Assembly: GCA_965645245.1 (NCBI GenBank)
Contig: OZ287083.1
Coordinates: 1,116,001-1,180,000 of the forward strand
DNA from: Massalongia carnosa
Taxonomy: Eukaryota
Reading direction: 5' to 3'
DNA length: 64,000 nt
Below the pieces are notes generated by a model that saw only the letters and a program-made list of their open reading frames with translations, was not told where the DNA came from and did not search any database. Position numbers and translations under genes: made by a program. Below are positions 24,545-35,143 of this stretch, piece by piece; within the stretch, counting starts at the first letter, position 1, and each line of letters begins with the position of its first letter.

Positions 24545-25978
24545 ATGTCTCAAGCAGCCTCCGTGCCCCTATCAATTTATCATGGTTCTACATCGGGCAA
24601 AATCACTGTCCATGAGCCTGTGATTCGAGAGCTTGGTCCTACCGAGGTAGCGATGAAGATCTCTCATTCGGGCATTTGCTTTACAGATGCGCTCAACAGA
24701 AAGCGCGGTGACTGCGGCCTTGGCCATGAGGGAGTTGGCCTGGTGACGCAAGTCGGTGCAGGTGTCAGGGGCTTCAAAGCCGGCGATCGCGTAGGGTTTG
24801 GGTGAGTGAATACAGGTGGTCGCTTTCCAATCCTAAGTAAGAAAATTTAACCCGAACTAGATACTTTTACGGAGTAATATATTCCACCAACTCCAAACGC
24901 CGTCTTTTGACTAGAATGCTGACTTGGGAAAAAAGACGTGTGGCCACTGCCTCCAGTGCATCAGCGGGTTCAGCCAATACTGCTAAGAAGCCAAGAACTT
25001 CGCCTTCGCCGGGCTCGAGCAAGGCACGCTGGGTGACTACGCCATTCGCGACGAGTCCGAAGCCTACAAGATCCCTGATGCCATCGAATCGAAATATGCT
25101 GGACCATTGATGTGCGCCGGGGTACGTATGATTGCAAAACGCCCCTTTTCTGACCTCCCACTTTTCCAGAGTTCATAGCAATCCCTACTAAAACTTCACA
25201 ACCCCTTCCAGGGCACTGTCTACCAAGCCCTCCTGAACGCCAACCTAGAACCAAACGCCACTGTTGGCATAGTTGGCATCGGCGGCCTCGGCCACTTAGC
25301 CGTCCAATTCGCCAAAGCGATGGGCTACACCGTCATCGCCTACTCGCAGACCGAGTCCAAGCGCGACGACGCCTTCAAGCTGGGCGCGGACGAGTTCTAC
25401 GCCACTAAGGGGGTGGAAAAACTGGTGCTCCCGGACGCGGCGGAGGGGACGCGCGAGGGTGTCAACGCGCTGATTTTCACCGCCAACAAGATGCCGGATT
25501 TGGCGCCATACTTGCATGCTTTGGCTCCTCAGGCATGGATCATCCCGCTTACCGTGCAGCAGGACCCTTTGGTGATGCCGTGAGTTTCTCTTCTCTCTTC
25601 GCTCGCCGTCTTTCTTTTCGCCTGCGCTGAAGTGGGGAGTACATGAAGGGAAATCGCTCGACTAGCTTCCTCCCATTCCTCCAAGGCGGATACAAAATCA
25701 CGTAAGCCATTTCCTGTTCTCTATTCCCATCCCTCCGCTCTCCTTCTTCACCCGCCAAACCCTTTAAAACCCCACGCCCACCACCGGAACTAAAACAACC
25801 CTTCAGGTCTGGTTTCGGCGCCGCGCATCAAAACACGGTGCGCATGCTGGATTTCTGCGCCCAGCACAGGGTGCAACCCTGGATCGAGGAGTTCCCGCTC
25901 ACCGGGGAGGGCCTGAACGAGGCCTTTGCTCGGCTTGAGGCCGGGAGGATGCGCTATCGGGGGATGGGCGTTAGGTAG
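24545..25978 (+). pseudogene. Zn-dependent (CAD-like) alcohol dehydrogenase, 6 exons, with in-frame TAA
   Basis: GHEGVG, GDRVGFG, structural Zn motif CGHCLQC..QYC, GPLMCAG, GIVGIGGLGHLAVQFAKAMG; TAA at 24984-24986 in exon 3. Confidence 0.82.
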
Positions 25979-27237
25979 GCTGGGGGTGTTTGGGTTGTTG
26001 GGGCGGGAAATGAAGGGAAGAGGAAATTGGGGGGCTTGGTTAGATCTGTGGATTCATGGGGGCGGGGTTGAGATGGATGGATTAAACTTTGATGGATAGG
26101 TAGATTGAAATAAATAAATAGTCATTCGTTTTTTTCCCCCGTACCACTCGCTCACTCCACTTCCGTACCACCTACCCACCTAAGCATTACCTATCTAATC
26201 ATCCATTCATTCGTTCCAATTCCCCATTTCCATCTCAATGTCCGTTTACATGCCACATATGCATATATAAATCCATCCTCCAAGAAATCCAAGAGATCCA
26301 TGAAATAGATAGATAGCCAGATCTTCACCCCCCCCTACCTTGCCCTTATCCCTCGCCGCTTTCCTGGCTCCCTTTACTGTCCCTTATCCTCCCCCTTTTT
26401 CCTGACTCCCTTTGTGGTAAGTAGGCAGGTAGGCAAGTATGCAAGCAGGTAATCCCATATGGGGAAATGGGAGTGTAGGAGATAGAGAGGGAGGGAGGGA
26501 GGGAGAGGAGGGGAGATGAGGGAGGAGAAGGAGAGAGGAAAGGTTGATAGGTATGTAGGTGCGGAGTGGTGGAGGAAGTATGTAATATACTCCCTCCTAC
26601 CTACCCATTCATATTCGGAGATTGGGGAAGGATTGATCCATGAGGGATGCGGGGCAGCAGGGAAAGGAAAAGGAGAATTAGATCGACGAGGTTAGGTTAT
26701 AAAGAAATGGAAAAAGGGGGGGGAGGGGGGGGTAGTAAAAATGAGTGGGCTGTAAGATGGCTGATATATATTGGGAAGCTGAAGAGAAAGGATTTCAGAC
26801 CAGAGGTTCAAAGGTTTCAGCAAAAAAAAGATGTCTCCGTCCTTGCTCACTTTTGCGAGATTTTCCATTCAGGTTGAATCAGATCCAGGCTAACTATTTA
26901 AATCCGTAGATAGCTATTTCTGAGATTCTATCATGCCCCATCCAAAGATCCAAGGTTCTGAGATTCCGCCCGGGTGGCGATTTTGCTGGATTAAACAAAT
27001 CCCGCTAGATTGGATTGCAAAGGGGCGGCAGGCAAACTCGCGGCAGCTGAGACCTTTGGGGTAATTCTATTTTCTCCTGCACGTGCTGGGTTTTGGTAAT
27101 CTACATCAATTCGTTGAAGAATGCCAATATCGACCTCGTGAGCTTGTTACTCTTTCGCCCTGGAACTCCAGTTCACCGCCCGAGCTACCATCTCTGTTAT
27201 TTCGATAATCCCCTACCCCTCCTGCCCCCTCTGTCTA

Positions 27238-27588
27238 TCATGGCGCCCATCCATACCTGGGCCCGCCAAGCGCAGGGTTCAATCCGCTCCAAATCGCCTT
27301 GTCGGTACCGCCCTGCCTCACGTACGCCAGACGCGTGACATAATCCAAAGCGGCCTTCGGAGCTGAAAGCTGCGCACGCAACAAGGGCCCCAAATCATCC
27401 AGAGAGAAATAGTAAGCGATCATGGCGGCGACAAAAGAATCATTTGGATTGTCAAATCTACCTAGCAATACGCTAGAACTGCTATTCTTGTTCTTAAAAT
27501 TGTTGAAGCGGTTATGAAAGACGGATGAGCCAGAAATGGACTTGATAGAAATAAGAAATAAGACGGCAAAAGTACAAAAGCCATTCAT
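27238..27588 (-). CDS. Candidate small secreted protein (116 aa)
   Basis: ATG ORF with signal-peptide-like MNGFCTFAVLFLISIKSISG; no known domain. Confidence 0.3.
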   Translation of the reverse strand: MNGFCTFAVLFLISIKSISGSSVFHNRFNNFKNKNSSSSVLLGRFDNPNDSFVAAMIAYYFSLDDLGPLLRAQLSAPKAALDYVTRLAYVRQGGTDKAIWSGLNPALGGPRYGWAP

Positions 27589-28484
27589 TATGAAGAGACA
27601 GAACTTCGTAAACTTCGAGAAAATGAAAACGAGTCAGTTGCGTTCGATAACACCGACCGCTGATAGAATAATGGCCCATAAAAGTATTTCGGAGCATTGC
27701 CTCTCAGTCTTCTCCGAAAGCATGGCACCTCCATTCCGAGAAAAGGCATATCTCTAGCTCTCTAGCTTTGCCGTAAAGCTAAACTAGAGCGCGGCAGGAA
27801 CGGCAAGAGGGAGCACCTTAATGGTTTTTATAAAACCTCTTTTTTCCGTACAAGATTTAGGGTGACATGCCAGGTTAAAGCAAAGGATGAAGATGGAGAA
27901 TAGGCATTTGATTATATTTATCGAAGATGCAGCCATGGCAAAACCTCTCTATATGATTACCTACCTTCCTTAGTTAAGGCATGCTAAACCATCCGAATAA
28001 GTCATCAGCCAGGGCGCTGAACGCTAAACGAAGTGTATGATGAACTATAGAATGAAAAGGATGATGCATCTGTGTGATGTTTGGAGATGGAGATGGGGAT
28101 GAGAGATGCAAGGCGGTGCATCAAACCTCCAATCTTTACCGATCCAATCAAAAGCGCCCGGGGGGTATGTAACTCAAGTTGGTTGGCCTTTTCAGGTTAC
28201 GTTTTCTGACCTCTTCTCTGTACGGGGTGGATGTGTGGATGCCTGGTCCATCGCTACTTGCGCCGACACAAACGTGTTATGTTCAAAGAAGAAGACAGTA
28301 CCAAATCAACGTTGCTAGCAAGGCTAGCTATTAACTACGATCACACTGCGGAAGGCGCCGATGACTCCTCAATATCACACCATCCATTGGCGTTTGGGGC
28401 GCAGCTTGAAATGAAAACATAGTTTTCTCCAGACATTGGACGTTCCTGTGCGATTATGCTGCTCTACGTCGTAACTAACATGCC

Positions 28485-29456
28485 TTGCTAAAAACTATTG
28501 TGATGCCTAATTCTCAGATCGCATCCGATCTCTCGTGGGAGTGCAACGCTGCTTCGCTGCGCTCTCGCGCGTCGAGTGTCGTTTCAACAGGGACTAAATT
28601 CAGTATCTCAACCTTGCCGCAAGAGGAGTCTGAAAGTATCGAAGCAGTGTTCTCTGGCCAGAGCTGGAGACATCACGCCCGTCCACGTTCACTCAGGACC
28701 CTAGCTTCCCACGAGCAGCCAGCTCCCCCGTATGAGGATAACCATATGATACATGCAACGAATTTCTCTCCTTATCAGCATGACGTTACTATTGTTGGAC
28801 GAAGGATCTCACCAGGAGATGTTGATGTCCCACCTGCATCCCCAGCTATCGATTCGGAGAATGCGTTAAGCATGCATTACGGTCGCGTCGTTCGAACGAT
28901 TGATGAAAACCAAGCTCAGGAAATACTACGACTAACTCAAGCCCACGAGAACGAGCTTGCGGCTGCTCACCAAGAGATCCTTCGACTAACCCAGGAGCAT
29001 GAAAGGAACCTTGCTGTCACCCGCCACGAAGTCGATCAAGCCTATCGAAAAGAATTCAAAGCTAAAAATCGCGAAGTAGAGAAGTTCCGGGAAGAAGCCA
29101 ACAGTCGGGTCGCGAGTATCGAAACCGAGCTTCAGCGCTTGATTGCCGTTCACGAAGAGACCGTATCACGCATGCAGCAGGAAGCCAGCGAGCACGCTAC
29201 AGTGCTAAAAGAAGCTCACGAGGTGGCGATCGACAAGGCTCGGAATGAAATAGAGGATATGTGGGAGGGGCGGTGGAGCGATCGGACGCGGCTTGCAATG
29301 GAAGAAGCGCGGAGGGTGGATTTGAAGAGTCAGCGAGACTTGGAAAAGTCTGTCGCGGACAGGGATGAGGAATGGGTTCGAGAGCTGGCAAGCCGACATC
29401 CGGAGCTGCTGGAAGAGCTCCAAGAGACCATTAGCGGGCTCAGGGCAGGGAAGTAA
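28485..29456 (+). CDS. Hypothetical coiled-coil protein (true start or upstream exon uncertain)
   Basis: 323-aa open frame with an Ala/Glu/Arg-rich heptad C-terminal half and an internal repeat QEILRLTQ.HE; branch/acceptor-like signals near 28475-28517. Confidence 0.65.
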   Translation: MLKTIVMPNSQIASDLSWECNAASLRSRASSVVSTGTKFSISTLPQEESESIEAVFSGQSWRHHARPRSLRTLASHEQPAPPYEDNHMIHATNFSPYQHDVTIVGRRISPGDVDVPPASPAIDSENALSMHYGRVVRTIDENQAQEILRLTQAHENELAAAHQEILRLTQEHERNLAVTRHEVDQAYRKEFKAKNREVEKFREEANSRVASIETELQRLIAVHEETVSRMQQEASEHATVLKEAHEVAIDKARNEIEDMWEGRWSDRTRLAMEEARRVDLKSQRDLEKSVADRDEEWVRELASRHPELLEELQETISGLRAGK

Positions 29457-29669
29457 GGGATATTTTGGCTCATCGTCTCCAGCTGTGGATGATTCTGATC
29501 GTGAGAATGTCTTGGAAATAGTGACGATGGATGGATGGATGGATGGAAATATTACAAAAGACGAGTACTAACGCTATGAGGTTATAGAGATGACCTCTAA
29601 AGAGCTTAATAATAAGTTTTTTTTCCTTCCCTCGATCTCAAGGAACAATCAATCAATGGACTCCAAAAA

Positions 29670-30290
29670 GGGAACTAATACCGGGACACCCCTTTTCACT
29701 ACCTTGACACCCTCATTCTCTAGGTTAACACCCCCAAGTAAGCTAACTCGATTTAGTATAAATTTCCCTCGGACGCAGAAATAACTGAAGAAAACATTCT
29801 CGATTTGATGAAATTCTAGACAATCGTTTGATGCTTCCTCGATGATCGTTTTCAATGAATTGAGCTTCATTTCGTATTTACATTCGAAAGGCCTGAAACA
29901 AATCCACTTCATCTACTTCAATCGGTTGAATAGCTTCACCGGAGGCCACCTCTTCATCTTGTGACGGCTCATCATTCCTCTCTCTGCCCCGTCCTCGCCC
30001 TCGCCCCCGTCCTCGACCTCGCCTCCGCCTCCGCCTCCGCCCCTGCCCCCGCTTCGGAGGCCCATTCAACATCTCCTCGACATGTTCGAACCCTGATAAC
30101 TCCCGTTGAGTAGAGTTTATCAGCCTTTCGTTGCTCTTTCCGATTATAAACGCATCGCGATTGTACTCGTGTGGCACAGAAGTCTGTCGTTTCCTTTTTG
30201 GGTTAGCGCGTCTTGGCAGACATAAACAAACCTCCCTAAACATCGCTTTTTTCCCTCATCGAATCTGAATATCCTCATCCATATAATTTA
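29670..30290 (-). mobile_element. Mutator/MULE 3' remnant with terminal repeat
   Basis: 29670-29745 (GGGAACTAATACCGGGACACCCC..CTACCTTGACACCCT..CACCCCC) resembles the MULE end at 63014; minus-strand peptide STQRELSGFEHVE plus RG-rich tail is typical of fungal MULE transposase C-termini. Confidence 0.6.
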
Positions 30291-30312
30291 AACTTCAATA
30301 ATTATTCATAAT

Positions 30313-31775
30313 ATGAATGATAAAGCTGGTCATGACGTTGCTTATGAGCTTCGATGCGCTATAGTTACTTGTAGAATTATTTTCGGTTGCACCTACTTCG
30401 AGATAGAGCAGAAGATTGGAGTAGTCAGGGGCACAGCTCAGACGCTCATGAAAAGAGCTATAAAACGAGCTGGATGTGAGGATTTTCACGAGATCTTGGG
30501 CTGTGTTGGCGTCATGGAACGGTCCGGTCGAGTGCCAAGAGTAGCAGATGGTACAGACCTTTCAGCAAAGATTCGGACAGCGATTCTTCAAAATCCCGAT
30601 GTTAGACCTCAGCAAGCCGTTCTAGATAAAGAAAACATCACTATTCCTGGCATGCCTTGAAATAAACGTCCAGCACGTTCGATTATTGAACGTATTCAGC
30701 ATCGGCATGAGCATGTTGTTGACGGAGAGACTGTTGGGGAAATCGTGCGAGTTGTTCAGCCTACCAAGCCTCTTCTTACCAACAAGAACGAAAATCCCAG
30801 AAAAAGGCTTTGTAAATGGGCCTCGGATCGAATTGACGATGGTGATATCTTTATATATAGTGACGAGGCCTGGCATGAAATTGGGGGTTAAACGCAAGAT
30901 TTCTATTGTAAAAGGTGCGGATCCTCATGAGCTTGCGGCTCCCGAGCCTCCTGTTCAGTTCACCATCATGCAATGGGGATCAGTGACTAGTGAAGGTGTG
31001 ATAGGGCCTCATTATCTCTGGAAGGCAGAGACTAAAGAGGAAAAAGACCTGAATGAATCGAAATTGAAAGAAGCAAATGAGCTTTCAGTGAAAAAGGTGG
31101 AAGATCAAAGAAAGAATGCCATCATTCCCGGAATATCCGAATATCGACTTCTTCAAGTAAGAAATTTCCACAAATTGACTGAGAATTGCTGGCAAATTCA
31201 GGACAAGAATTTCGCAGTTGAGTTACATAATGAAAATTTACAAATAGGTGGGATCAAAGGAAACAAAGGTCGACAAATGAAATTTACTCCCGAAAGACTG
31301 TTCAAACATGAAGGCCTCGAACGTCGGGGTAAGAAGGGCGGAATAGACGCATTTCTCTATCGAAACAAGATCCTTTTGCCTCTGCTATACCTATTCTATG
31401 AAGAGGCTCAAAGGGCCCATCCTGACAAAAAGGTGTGGTTGATTGAAGACAACGCACCATCTCACACCAAGGCCGCTAAGCAATGCAAGGAGGATCGAGA
31501 GAAACGAGGCATTTTCAAAGTGGATTGGCCGGCTAATTATCCAGATTTAAACTTTATCGAGGGGTTGTGGGCCAGTGAAAAAAGACGATTGATGCCGGAA
31601 TGGTTGAAAATCTCGAGGGGATGGAAAAGATGCTCAGAAGAAGGCACGAGAATTTCTGACAAATGCATGGAATTCTTCCGAGTTAAAAGACTCAGCAGAG
31701 CATCTTTCTGCTGAATGGAAGACCAAATTGTGGCGCTGCATAGACGCAGAAGGCAGGAATAATTTTAGAGGATAG
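30313..31775 (+). pseudogene. Tc1/IS630-type (DDE_3) transposase, inactivated
   Basis: HTH-like N-terminus with RSGR; IFIYSDE, WLIEDNAPSH, WPANYPDLNFIE (DD36E) and C-terminal GRNNFRG*; stop at 30658-30660 and frameshifts near 30885 and 31612. Confidence 0.85.
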
Positions 31776-32380
31776 AAGCAATTCCTCTTGAACACATGCC
31801 TCCCCCTTTGTTCCATTCAAACAATTCCATATGAACGATTTTTCCCTCGATTGTTTCCTGACCGTTCGCCAATCTCAGCAGAAACAAATCCTTGTCCTGA
31901 CTCTTTTTAAGCCAGCCCAAAAACATCGCTTGATCCATCATTGCAATTCCTATCTCGGGGACGCTGTCGCTTGGACGAAGTGAAAATACGACTCGATCGT
32001 GGCATTGAGGGCGGCGATGAGGTCGGAAAGTTGTTCGGGCACCCTAGTAAGTGAATATGATATAAGAAACAGAAGGATTATGATACTGACACACAAAATC
32101 AAAAGTTGTAGTCATGATGATGATTAGTTGACAAAAGAATGCTTGGGAAATGCGGGGAATAATGAAGAGATTCTATTGGTCAAACCCCCTTGTAGAACGC
32201 TAACCCAAAAATGAAACGACAGACTTCTAGGCCACACTGAGTAGGACGCCCTATGAAATGCATGCAGGTATGAGTGCAGAAATTTTCGAAGTTCCAGCTC
32301 CGAAACGGATAAACTACCCAATAGGGTTAGCTTACTTTTGAGTGTTAATAAAAAATGTCGCTTCCACGCAATCATCCCCT

Positions 32381-32790
32381 TTGGGAAATTGAAACCTCCA
32401 CCGTTGAACGGCCGGCACCCAGCCCCGGATTTGATGCTCCTTCCAATTCCGGAAACATTAACTTCTCCGTCGAACTGCCGCCAAAGAAGGTCGGTTTTGC
32501 TATGGATCTATTTTATAACGGGAAATCGAAACGTCATCGTTGAACTGCCGGATGAGGATTCCGTGGTTAATCGGGTCATGCATGATATGATGATCTACCC
32601 CAGTTAGCAAGTTAAAGACTTTGTCGTCAAACTGCCGGGCAAAGAATATGCACAACACCTCTTACCCCAAACTTGGGAAACCGAAATTTCGTTGTTGAAC
32701 GGCCGTCTACGCAGAGGGGCCCCGGCCCGGTTTAAGAAATTGGAGTTTGGAAGTTTATCGTTGAACGGCCGGTAAGAACACCGGTTTTGC
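32381..32790. repeat. Array of six ~34-bp conserved motifs with ~67-bp period
   Basis: Core (C/T)GT(T/C)(G/A)AAC(G/T)GCCG at 32402, 32468, 32538, 32625, 32693, 32759, preceded by a GGAAA..GAAAC-like segment. Confidence 0.85.
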
Positions 32791-33021
32791 TACCCCGGTT
32801 TTAGGCTTAGCCTGATATTATTCATGCTCTATTAACTCTCTCGACGTGATTTGATTTCATTAATTAATCGTCGGCTAGTCTCTCGCTTACCTCGGCCGAC
32901 TCGAGGCGTTCGCCTCTAGTCGGGGAAAGCAAAGTTCGGCGGAAAGCAAAGTTCGTCTTTTCGCAATTTTATTTCCATTCCATTAACACGACGCATTTGA
33001 CTACATCAACTATTTCAAATC

Positions 33022-35143
33022 ATGAATTGTAATGATTCTGTCACGCGTCTGAATGATGCTAAGCAGTTTCTAATAGAAAATCCACTTGAAAGCAAGATAT
33101 ACGCTGCTCGCATATTTGACATTCCTCGTACCACTTTACAAAGTTCACTTGCTCAAAACAGCGCGTCGAATCAAGTCGAGAAGAGAGGAGGACATAATAA
33201 GATATTGGAGAAGCATCAGATCAAGGCAATACATGAGTTCATTCGCTCGTTACTTACATATGGTGTTCAACCGACGCATGAACTGATATTCAACGCCATC
33301 AAGAGTCTGAAGCGAAGTCAGAATGTTGATTATAAAGGTCCTACTAAGCGGTGGTTTAGAACATGGTAGAAATCCAACCATTTATATAAGATTAAGACTA
33401 AACCGCTAGCAGTCGTTCGCTATACGGCGGGACAAGTAAAGGACGTTGAAGCATGGTTCGCTGATTATCGGGTGGTTCTTCGAGAGCTGAATATGTAGAA
33501 TAAACGAAATATCATCAATTTTGATGAGGCTGATTTTCGAGTTGGCTGCATGAAGGGACATTGGTTCCAACAGACGTAAAGGAGTATTATTCTATTAGTC
33601 CTGAGAATAGAAAATCTATCACCATTTTCGAGAATATAAACGCTGCCGGTGATTATCCGCCACCTCCTTTACTTGTCATACAAGGTCATGATATGATGCA
33701 ATTGGTTTGCAGACGAACTGCCTAAAGGAACTCGAATTGATTCGTCAGAAAATGGATTCACATCGGATAAAATAGCGATTGCATATCTGCAACATTACAT
33801 TGAAAATTCTGATACAGGATCTGAGAGTAATTGGAAGTTGATGCTCATGGATAATCACGGTAATCATGTTACTCCTGAATTCATCAAGCTTGCCAATGAA
33901 AACTGGATTCGTCCTTATCCTTTGATACCACACTTGACGCATTGTATGCAACCGCTTGATGTAGGAGTGTTTCAACCTTATAAGCATTGGCATGATGTGG
34001 CTATTCAAGATGCGATTGCGGAGTTCAATGTATACAATAACTCGATTTTGTCAAGATCTCACCAAAATACGAGATAACACATTCAAGAAATCCACTATTC
34101 AATCTGCCTTTGAAATCTGGAATGTGGCTTATTAATGAAAAGAAATGCACTGAACAGCTAAAGAAGTTTGTACCTTGGCAAAGTGAGAATAATTCTTCTT
34201 CTTTTCTAACATCATCTCTCCCAACATTGCCACGAGTTCAACCTAAAACGTTTGATGATGTTGAAAGAGGATTACTTGAATGGCTACCCAAAATTCGCGA
34301 TAATACACAATGGAGTGATCCAGTCTGGGAACAGGAGTTAGAAGAATCCGTGAGTAATACGAAGGAAGTTGTTGCCAAATCGACGCTTACGAAATTCGAA
34401 CTATCACTTCATCAAGAGCGAAGAAGCAATTGTTGGAATACTCGCTTAGCCCCATTAGTTCTAGCTCAGCCCTGCAGGCTGCCATGACTGCTATAAGCAG
34501 TCACCTCCGTAGTAATTTCAACATTATGCCGTCAACTGTTTATTTAACAGCAATGAATTACTACAGAGAGCAACTTCTCGCAAGCGATTAAGACCTAATT
34601 ACTCGACAGACGGAGGATTAGGACTCACGAAGGAGGATGCGCAACGAGCAATTGTTGAAAGACAGCAAAAAGATGAGCAGATAGAAAAGAAACGAGAGCA
34701 CAACAACTTCATGAGAATATGGCGAATGAAAAGAGATAGTGTACAGGCGGAAGGTGTTATCGCTCGAAAGAATGAAAGATCAGAATAAAACATATCAAAG
34801 ACCTCGCAAACAGGGAGTTAGCATATCCGATGAAATGTTGACTCCAATTGATGATCCTGAGGCCATTTGGAAGGCGAGCGACATTACTTGGCAGACGGAA
34901 GAGACCAAAACAAAGACGAAGAAAGGAGTAAAAGATACTCATATATTCAATAATGAAGAGGAAGAGACAGAGACTACCTTTATCATGGATACTGTAGGTG
35001 ATCAAAATCTACGATTTATAGGTGAAGGTGATTCTATTCGTCTACAAAAAGACTTCATTGCCTTTGAAATGGAAGAGGAAGTAGGCGACGATGTCGACGA
35101 CAGCGACGAGGATGATGTTCAGGAGCAGTTGGGTTATTATTAG
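33022..35143 (+). pseudogene. pogo/Fot1 DDE_1 transposase, inactivated
   Basis: HTH AARIFDIPRTTL, RGGHNKIL, NFDE, LMLMDNHGNH, HLTHCMQPLDVGVFQPYK; multiple stops and frameshifts plus a solo-LTR insertion. Confidence 0.88.
34431..34549. mobile_element. 119-bp solo LTR with 5-bp TSD
   Basis: TGTTGG...TTTAACA termini; GCAAT duplicated at 34426-34430 and 34550-34554; removal restores the transposase reading QERRSNELLQRATSRKRL. Confidence 0.85.

Noticed and set aside
26100..26740. Polypyrimidine/polypurine tracts as a structured RNA gene
   Set aside because: Low-complexity intergenic sequence without specific pairing.
29679..32774. TA|CCGG ... CCGG|TA as the two ends of one Tc1 element
   Set aside because: Only 4 bp are inverted; the left TACCGG lies inside a sequence that aligns with the MULE terminus starting at 29670.
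32381..32790. Calling the array a true CRISPR locus
   Set aside because: Eukaryotic context, no cas genes, degenerate repeats and partially similar spacers; kept only as a repeat array.
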